A stretch of DNA of 43,817 nucleotides. It comes from Alphaproteobacteria bacterium (GTDB taxonomy: Bacteria > Pseudomonadota > Alphaproteobacteria > Sphingomonadales > SMXR01). The stretch covers positions 1 through 43,817 of the forward strand of contig DAOWAS010000003.1 of assembly GCA_030634465.1 (NCBI GenBank), given 5' to 3'. The translations under genes were made by a program, and so were the position numbers. The notes below the pieces were generated by a model. It searched no databases and was not told the DNA's origin. It saw only the letters and a list, made by a program, of their open reading frames with translations. Shown piece after piece: positions 30,681 through 37,797 of the stretch (position 1 is the stretch's first letter; every line of letters begins with the position of its first letter).

Positions 30681-30719
30681 TTAATAACCCTGTATAGGGT
30701 TGTATAAGGTGGTTATTAA
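30681..30719. promoter_or_regulatory. Nested inverted/direct repeat, probable R-M operator
   Basis: TTAATAACC-N21-GGTTATTAA; AACCCT-gtat-AGGGTT (30686-30701); tandem TGTATAGGGT/TGTATAAGGT. Confidence 0.6.
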
Positions 30720-30722
30720 GGG

Positions 30723-31955
30723 GTGAAAATGCATTACACAGTATCAGAAGCAGCTAAAAAACTTGGCGTTTGTTCAGAAACAATTCGCCGATGGGACAAT
30801 GAAAATAAGCTAACTGCAACAAGAAACCCAATGAATAACTATAGAGTTTATAAAGAAGAAGACCTTAATAAGGTTTCTTTCCTAAATGTTGTAAATTCAA
30901 ATGATGCGGAAGAACACCAGCATATAGAACCCAGAAGAAGATATACATCAATTGAATTGTTTGCGGGAACAGGAGGGCTAGCTCTTGGTTTAGAGCAAGC
31001 AGGAATTGAACATGTTCTTCTCAATGAAATAGATAAATATGCATGTGAAACATTAAGAATAAATCGCCCCAATTGGAACCTAGTAGAAGGAGACATAGTT
31101 CCTCTTGATTTTACACCTTATCTAGGAAAAGTCGACATCGTTACAGGGGGCTTCCCATGCCAAACGTTTAGCTATGCGGGAAAAAAGGCGGGCTTTGAAG
31201 ATGCTCGGGGAACCATGTTTTATGAATTTGCTCGTTGCATAAAAGAAACGGAGCCGCAAATCTTTATCGGAGAAAATGTTAGAGTTCTATTAAATCATGA
31301 TGGGGGCAATACCCTTAAGACAAGGATAAGAATTCTAGAAGACCGTGGGTATGATGTTATTAAGCCGCAAGTTCTTCGTGCCATCCATTATAAAGTCCCG
31401 CAGAAGCGTGAGCGCTTGTTGATCGTGGGTGTAAAAAAAGGAAGCGGTATTAAGTTTGAATATCCAATGCCACAGCCACATATTTATACATTGAATGACG
31501 CACTAAAAAAAGGACGTTTATTTAAATCGGATGTCCCTGTATCTACAGGTCAGTCATACCCGAAAAGAAAAAAAGAAATTCTAGATATGGTTTCTCCAGG
31601 AGGATGCTGGAGAGACCTTCCCGTAGATATTCAAAAAGAATATATGTTAAAAAGTTTCTATCTGGGAGGGGGGAAAACGGGCATGGCTCGTCGTATATCG
31701 TGGGATGAGCCTAGCTTAACACTAACTTGTGCCCCAGCACAGAAACAAACAGAAAGGTGTCATCCTGAGGAAACGCGTCCCCTTCAAGTTAGGGAGTATG
31801 CAAGAATTCAGACATTTCCCGATACTTGGGTCTTTTCTGGAAGTATGAACCAACAGTACAAACAAATTGGCAATGCGGTACCTGTAAATCTTGCATACTT
31901 TATAGGTCAGGCTGTTGTGAAAGCTTTAAACGAGGTGTCTAGGGACAGTTCATAG
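30723..31955 (+). CDS. DNA (cytosine-5) methyltransferase with N-terminal MerR/excisionase-like HTH
   Basis: HTH (TVSEAAKKLGVCSETIRRWD...RNPMNNYRVY); motifs FAGTGG, PCQ, ENV, QKRER, ARIQTFPD, KQIGNAVP; the variable region GGGKTGMARR...PAQKQTERCHP resembles GGNCC-type enzymes (Sau96I/Eco47II-like). Confidence 0.93.
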   Translation: MKMHYTVSEAAKKLGVCSETIRRWDNENKLTATRNPMNNYRVYKEEDLNKVSFLNVVNSNDAEEHQHIEPRRRYTSIELFAGTGGLALGLEQAGIEHVLLNEIDKYACETLRINRPNWNLVEGDIVPLDFTPYLGKVDIVTGGFPCQTFSYAGKKAGFEDARGTMFYEFARCIKETEPQIFIGENVRVLLNHDGGNTLKTRIRILEDRGYDVIKPQVLRAIHYKVPQKRERLLIVGVKKGSGIKFEYPMPQPHIYTLNDALKKGRLFKSDVPVSTGQSYPKRKKEILDMVSPGGCWRDLPVDIQKEYMLKSFYLGGGKTGMARRISWDEPSLTLTCAPAQKQTERCHPEETRPLQVREYARIQTFPDTWVFSGSMNQQYKQIGNAVPVNLAYFIGQAVVKALNEVSRDSS

Positions 31956-32152
31956 CTAACTCAACACACAAATCAGGCCATACCCACAATCCAGCACATA
32001 ATGTAGCTTTTAATAAGCATGTGTCAGGCTTTAATTTGATTTGGCGTCAGCCCTGATAAATTTCTTCATTGACCTTAGGGCAAGGATGGCTAGACTTCAC
32101 GCCTAAACTAGCATTTAGCAAAATTATATTTTGATATTCAGGGGAGAATAAC

Positions 32153-33646
32153 GTGGCAGGTGCACATGAACAGTGGTCGTCAAGACTAGCATTTATTTTT
32201 GCGGCGGTGGGTAGCGCCGTTGGGCTTGGCAATATTTGGCGTTTTCCATATATGGCGGGCGAAAATGGCGGGGCAGCCTTTGTTCTGGTTTATATTGGCT
32301 TTATTGCCGTTGTTGGTTTGCCAGTTTTAATCGCTGAGCTTACAGTTGGGCGGCGGGGCAAACTAAGCCCGACAAACTCTATTAGAAAACTGTCGGAAGA
32401 AAGTGGTTCATCGTCCAAATGGGGGTGGATTGGACATTTGGCTAGCTTAACAGGCGGCCTTGGTCTGCTTAGCCTATATTCTGTTATTGCTGGTTGGGTG
32501 CTTGCTTATATTATTAAAACTGCCACTGCCACCTTTGTTGGGGTTGATGCCGCAGGGGCGCAGGCCATGGTTGGAGCATATGTTGGCTCGCCCGGCACAA
32601 TGGTTTTTTGGCACTTTATATTTATATCGCTAACTGTTTTTGTGGTGGCACGGGGCATTAACGCTGGCTTGGAAAAAGTTGTTACATACCTTATGCCAAT
32701 ATTGTTCCTGTTGTTGTTGGTGTTGGTTGGTTATGCCATGGCGGCGGGTAACTTTTTAGAAGCCCTTAGCTATTTATTCACACCAGATTTCTCAAAAATT
32801 AATGGCACGGTGTTGTTAAACGCTATTGGTCAGGCGTTTTTCTCGCTTAGTTTGGGTCTTGGTACCATGATCGCATATGGTGCTTATTTGCCAAAAAGCA
32901 TTAGCATTCACCGTTCTGCCGCACTTATTGCCTTGGCTGATACTGGTGTTGCGCTGTTGGCTGGCTTGGCAATTTTCCCACTGGTTTTTGCCTTTGGTTT
33001 GTCACCATCAAGTGGCCCTACACTAATTTTTGAAGTGTTGCCAATTGCCTTTGGTCAAATGCCAGGTGGTGTTGTTTTTGGTACAATGTTCTTTGTTTTA
33101 TTGGGCATTGCAGCCATCACATCATCCATTTCAATGTTAGAGCCCGCCGTTAGCTGGTTTGAAGAAAAGCAAGGCATAACCAGAGTGGGCGCGGCTATTT
33201 TTGGCGGCACGCTGGCCTTTGTGGTTGGGCTGTTAACAGTGTTTTCCAGCAACGAGTGGCAAAGCATTATTCCATTAGCTTCGCTTGGCGTTGTTGAAAT
33301 AAACGGCAACCCAGCAACTTATGCTGAGATTATCAGCTTTATAGTTTCTAACCTTATCATGCCCGTGGCATCACTAATGTTAGCCATATTCGTGGGCTGG
33401 TATGTTTCTCGTGACCATTTGCGTGATGAGCTAGACTTGCCCGAAGGTGGTATTTTTGAGCTGTGGCATGTGTCCATAAAATATGTGGCCCCTGTTGCTA
33501 TCGGTGTCATATTGGTTTGGGGTTTAATGCCGCAGGGTGAAGGTTTGCCTGTGGAGGAAGCAGCACCAGTTGAGATTAGCGAAGAAGCTCAAAGCACTTC
33601 GGATGCATCTGAAATTCAGGAAATAAGTATAAGTTCAACTGAATAG
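32153..33646 (+). CDS. Sodium-dependent NSS/SNF-family (LeuT-like) transporter
   Basis: WSSRLAF..AAVGSAVGLGNIWRFPY..GENGG, QAFFSLSLG, many TM helices. Confidence 0.95.
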   Translation: MAGAHEQWSSRLAFIFAAVGSAVGLGNIWRFPYMAGENGGAAFVLVYIGFIAVVGLPVLIAELTVGRRGKLSPTNSIRKLSEESGSSSKWGWIGHLASLTGGLGLLSLYSVIAGWVLAYIIKTATATFVGVDAAGAQAMVGAYVGSPGTMVFWHFIFISLTVFVVARGINAGLEKVVTYLMPILFLLLLVLVGYAMAAGNFLEALSYLFTPDFSKINGTVLLNAIGQAFFSLSLGLGTMIAYGAYLPKSISIHRSAALIALADTGVALLAGLAIFPLVFAFGLSPSSGPTLIFEVLPIAFGQMPGGVVFGTMFFVLLGIAAITSSISMLEPAVSWFEEKQGITRVGAAIFGGTLAFVVGLLTVFSSNEWQSIIPLASLGVVEINGNPATYAEIISFIVSNLIMPVASLMLAIFVGWYVSRDHLRDELDLPEGGIFELWHVSIKYVAPVAIGVILVWGLMPQGEGLPVEEAAPVEISEEAQSTSDASEIQEISISSTE

Positions 33647-33690
33647 AAATGTTTTTAACACCTAGAAGTATAGGTGAAACATAGGTTTAT

Positions 33691-33716
33691 AAAAGGGTCG
33701 CTCAGGCGGCCCTTTT
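33691..33716. terminator. Bidirectional intrinsic terminator
   Basis: AAAAGGGTCGC-tcag-GCGGCCCTTTT between convergent genes. Confidence 0.85.
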
Positions 33717-34148
33717 TTATGCTTGCTCATTAGCCTCAGTTGCCATTTCACGAATGCGAGTAACCATCGAAAACAGGCCGTTACTGCGTGATGGTGTCAG
33801 GTGTTCTGACAGGCCAATTTGATCGAGAATTGCTCTGGCATCAATTTCGATGGCTTCCTTCGGGGTTTTGCCCGAATAAATAAGCATGGTTATGGCAACC
33901 AGACCTTTAACAATGTGGGCATCGCTGTCGCCATCAAAATAAAACCTTGGTGGGTTTTCATCACTTAGGTGGGGTAAAATCCACACTTGCGAGGTGCAGC
34001 CACGCACTTTGTTTTCGTCTGTTCTTGCGCCCTCAGGAAAGGGCGGCAACATGCGACCAAGTTCAATTACATAGCGGTACTTGTCTTCCCAATCATCAAA
34101 CAGGGAAAAGGTTTCTATTACGTCTTCAATGGTCAGGTCATCGATCAT
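33717..34148 (-). CDS. sufE: SufE-family sulfur acceptor
   Basis: DWEDKYRYVIELG, VRGCTSQVW, DSDAHIVKGL, HLTPSRSNGL. Confidence 0.93.
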   Translation of the reverse strand: MIDDLTIEDVIETFSLFDDWEDKYRYVIELGRMLPPFPEGARTDENKVRGCTSQVWILPHLSDENPPRFYFDGDSDAHIVKGLVAITMLIYSGKTPKEAIEIDARAILDQIGLSEHLTPSRSNGLFSMVTRIREMATEANEQA

Positions 34149-34307
34149 ATAATTGTCCTTAGTCTTAGACCAAGGATGTGGCGTTCTTTATGATGAATGT
34201 CAAGCTTAGGCGGGGAATTTGTTTAAGGCACACGAAAGGGGGAGGCTTTGAAGGGTGTGTGCGGGGTTAATAGCCTCCCCCAGATTAAACTTTAAGAAAA
34301 TTGGCGG

Positions 34308-34694
34308 CTAGTCTTCTAGTTCACGCAACTCTCTATTAAGTTTAAATTGTTTTGAGGTTAAATAAGCTTCCATATGACGGGTTCTTTTTTCAATGTCGTC
34401 GTACCGTGACTGCATTTCCACCTTGGTATAAGCAGGCTTGGTGCGGGCTTTTTGCCAAAATTTTTCTTCTTCTGGGTCTTCAATAATTTCCTCAGGCTTC
34501 TCTTCCAAAACAAAGCCAAGCAAAAAATAAACAAACACAGTTGGAAAAAGCCCTGTCATGAAAAATGCAACGATAGTTAGCAGTCTGATAATGCCGGGGC
34601 GAATGTCGAAATAATCAGCAACCCCAGCACAAACTCCCATAAAACGACCGTCTTTGGGGTTTTTGTATAATCTGTTTGGATTAAAGGTGTTCAT
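34308..34694 (-). CDS. pspC: Phage shock protein C
   Basis: RLYKNPKDG..MGVCAGVADYF, TM segment, C-terminal R...MEAYLTS..F.L.RE; start at ATG 34694, overlapping the pspB end. Confidence 0.92.
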   Translation of the reverse strand: MNTFNPNRLYKNPKDGRFMGVCAGVADYFDIRPGIIRLLTIVAFFMTGLFPTVFVYFLLGFVLEEKPEEIIEDPEEEKFWQKARTKPAYTKVEMQSRYDDIEKRTRHMEAYLTSKQFKLNRELRELED

Positions 34695-34908
34695 GACTTT
34701 TGTGTCTCCAATCTGGAACCTCTTCATCAAGAATGCGTTCCATAATCTCTAGCCGCTCTTCTAACGTCTCAGAGTTTTTCTTCAATGTACTAAGCACATC
34801 TTGGTCTTCGGCTGTTATGCCGCCCTGTTTTTTCCAGATAGTTACATAGTGAAGTACAATCCAGAGCGGAACGACTATGACTGCCACTACTATAAAAAAA
34901 CTTTCCAT
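34681..34908 (-). CDS. pspB: Phage shock protein B
   Basis: VPLWIVLHY.T, ERLEIMERILD...PDWR. Confidence 0.93.
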   Translation of the reverse strand: MESFFIVVAVIVVPLWIVLHYVTIWKKQGGITAEDQDVLSTLKKNSETLEERLEIMERILDEEVPDWRHKSHEHL

Positions 34909-34941
34909 AATTCAAATCTCTCTTTGGTGGTTATTTGCAAT

Positions 34942-35160
34942 CTAATAATATGATGCGGTCGGTTTAGGGTCTAATGCCATGCCTAATAGGATATACAAAA
35001 TGGCAGTGGGGAAAAGGCCTGTAATAAGAAATGCTATAATTGCCGCTATTCTAATTTTACCTACACTAAACCCAAAATAATCAGCTAGCCCTGCGCAAAC
35101 TCCATTTATGCGCCCATTTCTGGTGTTTCGATATAGTTTTTTCATTTTAAACCTAGCCAT
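34942..35160 (-). CDS. Short PspC-domain membrane protein
   Basis: KLYRNTRNGRINGVCAGLADYFG plus TM segment; lacks the coiled-coil tail. Confidence 0.85.
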   Translation of the reverse strand: MARFKMKKLYRNTRNGRINGVCAGLADYFGFSVGKIRIAAIIAFLITGLFPTAILYILLGMALDPKPTASYY

Positions 35161-35187
35161 TATATTTTGCCCTATTATTAGGTTGTC

Positions 35188-35883
35188 TTACTTAGCTTTT
35201 TTTGGTGCTGTTTTCTTTGCTTCTGTCTTTTTCATTTTAGACTTAAGCGCAGTTAACTCACTTTCAATGGCTTCGTCTGTTTCCAGATCACCAATTTCTT
35301 CTGCTAAAGTGCGGCCTTTACCAAGCTCGTAGCTCTCACTTTCAGCTTCCATGCGGTCCATGCGTTGCTCAACCTTGTCAAAGCGGCCAAAGGCATCTTC
35401 AATGCGGCCATCGTACAAGTTTTTACGAACCCTAAGCTTGTTGGTGGCAGTGCTGTGGCGCGCATTCAATGCGGCTTTTTTTGCTCTGGCTTCGCGTAAT
35501 TTGCCTTCCAGCTTTTGCACATCGTCATCGTGGTGGCTGATAGATTGTTGCAAGTGCTCCAACTCCTCAGACAAGTGCTGTTCCATCTCGGCTACTTTTG
35601 ACTTTTCTATTAAAGCTGCTTTTGCCAAGTCTTCACGACCTTTAGAGATTGCAAGTTCAGCTTTTGCTTCCCAGTCGGCTTGAGCCGCTGTTAAGCGCTT
35701 TAGCTTTCTGGTTATATCCTTCTGGTCGGCAATGGTGCGCGCCGCAGAGGTGCGAACCTCAACTAGGGTGTCTTCCATTTCCTGAATAACCATGCGGATA
35801 ATTTTTTCCGGGTTTTCAGCCTTGTCCAAAATTGAACTAAGTTCTGAATTTACGATGTCTGTTAATCTTGAGAAAATTCCCAT
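35188..35883 (-). CDS. pspA: Phage shock protein A
   Basis: MGIFSRLTDIVNS...AENPEK.IR..IQEMEDTLVEVR, GREDLAKAAL. Confidence 0.96.
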   Translation of the reverse strand: MGIFSRLTDIVNSELSSILDKAENPEKIIRMVIQEMEDTLVEVRTSAARTIADQKDITRKLKRLTAAQADWEAKAELAISKGREDLAKAALIEKSKVAEMEQHLSEELEHLQQSISHHDDDVQKLEGKLREARAKKAALNARHSTATNKLRVRKNLYDGRIEDAFGRFDKVEQRMDRMEAESESYELGKGRTLAEEIGDLETDEAIESELTALKSKMKKTEAKKTAPKKAK

Positions 35884-35994
35884 TTTTTGTTTCCTTGTGT
35901 TTTAGTTCTTGCTGTCGTCACTCAGGCCGGTTGTTTAATAGTTGGCTTGAGAAAGAGTTTGGGAGTGTTTATCACTCCTCTTATTATAATTATG

Positions 35995-36165
35995 TTAGCT
36001 GTTTAGCTGGCCTCTAACCTTGCGGCTGGAATAAAGTACGAAGCTTGGCAGGCTTCTGTATTCAACAACCTTTAAATGGTTTTGCAGGCTAAAAATATTA
36101 TTAGTCAGTAGCTCTGTTTCATCTGTGTCCTGCATTGCCCGACTTAATTTTGATAAGATATTCAT
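35995..36165 (-). CDS. 56-aa hypothetical protein at the head of the psp operon
   Basis: Not in the ORF track. MNILSKLSRAMQDTDETELLTNNIFSLQNHLKVVEYRSLPSFVLYSSRKVRGQLNS; AGGGA RBS; lies between the sigma54 promoter and pspA. Confidence 0.55.
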   Translation of the reverse strand: MNILSKLSRAMQDTDETELLTNNIFSLQNHLKVVEYRSLPSFVLYSSRKVRGQLNS

Positions 36166-36243
36166 TGTTCTAATCCCTAAAGTGCTGCGTTTTATGTTTT
36201 GTATGTTTAATCATTTTTATTATTGTTATTATGCCTCCTATAT

Positions 36244-36259
36244 TGCAACGCCCGTGCCA
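36244..36259 (-). promoter_or_regulatory. Sigma54 (-24/-12) promoter of the psp operon
   Basis: Minus strand TGGCACG-GGCG-TTGCA, a perfect consensus match. Confidence 0.92.
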
Positions 36260-36276
36260 GTTTTAAAAAAATAAGC

Positions 36277-36289
36277 TAAGTTGTTGTTT
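36277..36289 (-). promoter_or_regulatory. Possible IHF site
   Basis: AAACAAcaacTTA, one mismatch to WATCAA-N4-TTR, between the promoter and the candidate UAS elements. Confidence 0.45.
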
Positions 36290-36336
36290 TTACACGGCTA
36301 ATTTAACTTTTATTAACTTGCGGGCGGTGGAAAATA

Positions 36337-36373
36337 ATGGTAATATGCACTATTATTTAGCAATATTCACCAG
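36337..36373. promoter_or_regulatory. Two candidate PspF upstream activator sequences
   Basis: ATGGTAATATGCACTAT (36337-36353) and TTAGCAATATTCACCAG (36357-36373): related imperfect palindromes 20 bp apart, just ahead of pspF. Confidence 0.6.
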
Positions 36374-36390
36374 ATTGTAGGGTTTTTACT

Positions 36391-37425
36391 GTGTCAAGCG
36401 AAGATCAAATTTCAGCTATTGGTGGCTCCCATGTTTTTCTGGATCTGTTGGATCAGGTGTCAAAAATTGCGGTGTTGGACAGGCCTGTTCTGGTGGTGGG
36501 TGAGCGCGGCACGGGTAAGGAGTTGGTGGCATCACGGTTGCATTTTTTGTCCCGCAGGTGGGACAGGGCTTTTGTTAAAATGAACTGTGCGTCGTTGGCT
36601 GAAAGCCTGATTGAAAGCGAGTTGTTTGGTTACGAGGCCGGTGCCTTTACAGGGGCAACACGCCAACGTGCGGGCAGGTTTGAGGTGGCTGATAACGGCA
36701 CGCTGTTTTTAGATGAGGTGGCTAGCCTTTCAGCATCAGCCCAAGAAAAATTATTGCGTGTGGTTGAGTACGGCGAGTTTGACCGTGTTGGTGGCAACCA
36801 GACAATTTCTGTCGATGTGCGGGTGGTGGCGGCGGCTAATGTTGATTTGCCTGAACTTGCTGACATGGGCGGTTTTCGCCATGACCTGTTGGATCGCTTG
36901 GCGTTTGACGTGCTAACCGTGCCGCCACTGCGTGCCAGACATGGGGATATAATGTTGCTTGCAAATCATTTTGCCACGCGCATGGCTAGTGAATTAGAAT
37001 ATGTATCAAGCCCGATATTTTCAAAAAATGCCGAAGCTGCTTTGCAAGACCACGGTTGGCCGGGTAATGTGCGAGAGTTGAAAAACGTGGTTGAGCGTGC
37101 GGTGTACCGTTGGCCTGATGAAGGCCCTGTGGAAGATATAATTTTTGATCCATTTGACAGCCCGTGGCGGCCTGATGCTGGTGCGGCGTTAGGCGTTTCT
37201 AAAAAGGAAGCGGGGTTTGGTTCACAGCCAGTGAGCCAAGATAAATATAAGCTAATGCCAGATGCCAGACAGCCGCTAGATCTAAAAAAATCATTGCAAA
37301 CAGTGGAAAAAGAGTTGGTAGAAGTTGCGCTTTCCTTTAACAAGTTTAATCAAAGAGATACGGCCAAGCACCTGTCCATGAGTTATGATCAGTTGCGTCA
37401 TATATTAAAAAAGCATGGCCTGTAG
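36391..37425 (+). CDS. pspF: Sigma54 enhancer-binding activator PspF
   Basis: GERGTGKE, GAFTGA, LFLDE, WPGNVRELKN, C-terminal HTH, no regulatory domain; divergent from pspA. Confidence 0.95.
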   Translation: MSSEDQISAIGGSHVFLDLLDQVSKIAVLDRPVLVVGERGTGKELVASRLHFLSRRWDRAFVKMNCASLAESLIESELFGYEAGAFTGATRQRAGRFEVADNGTLFLDEVASLSASAQEKLLRVVEYGEFDRVGGNQTISVDVRVVAAANVDLPELADMGGFRHDLLDRLAFDVLTVPPLRARHGDIMLLANHFATRMASELEYVSSPIFSKNAEAALQDHGWPGNVRELKNVVERAVYRWPDEGPVEDIIFDPFDSPWRPDAGAALGVSKKEAGFGSQPVSQDKYKLMPDARQPLDLKKSLQTVEKELVEVALSFNKFNQRDTAKHLSMSYDQLRHILKKHGL

Positions 37426-37528
37426 GTGGGGTGCTTTGTGGCTCTCAGCAAAACAAAGATAATTAAAGAACGAAGAGGTTAGGCGCATTACAGATAAGTC
37501 AGAAAAAACACCATCTAAGCGTAAAATT

Positions 37529-37795
37529 ATGTGGTCAAGGCGGGGGCCTTATTTGCTCATAGGCATTATATCGCTTCTAATTTATGTGGGTATTGAAATT
37601 ACTGAAGGGTTGGGCTGGTTAACAGCGCAAGACTGGCTCAATGATTTTACCTCGCTGTTGGGTGTGTTTGCCGTGGTTATAGTAGTTGCTATTTCTTTGG
37701 CTGTGGTCGTTTTGGTGTTGTTGCGTTTGTTTAAAAAACCAAAACAGTCTATGGATTGGAACAAGTTTGGTGACGATAATGAGGATGGGAGCTAG
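37529..37795 (+). CDS. Small two-TM membrane protein
   Basis: Two hydrophobic helices; stop codon 2 bp before the next gene. Confidence 0.65.
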   Translation: MWSRRGPYLLIGIISLLIYVGIEITEGLGWLTAQDWLNDFTSLLGVFAVVIVVAISLAVVVLVLLRLFKKPKQSMDWNKFGDDNEDGS

Positions 37796-37797
37796 TC

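Larger units (their letters stand above)
29815..32019. mobile_element. Probable horizontally acquired R-M cassette bounded by imperfect direct repeats
   Basis: Visibly more AT-rich than the flanks; AATGTAGCATTTAAAATGCA (29815-29834) vs AATGTAGCTTTTAATAAGCA (32000-32019), 17/20 identical; no integrase inside. Confidence 0.5.
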
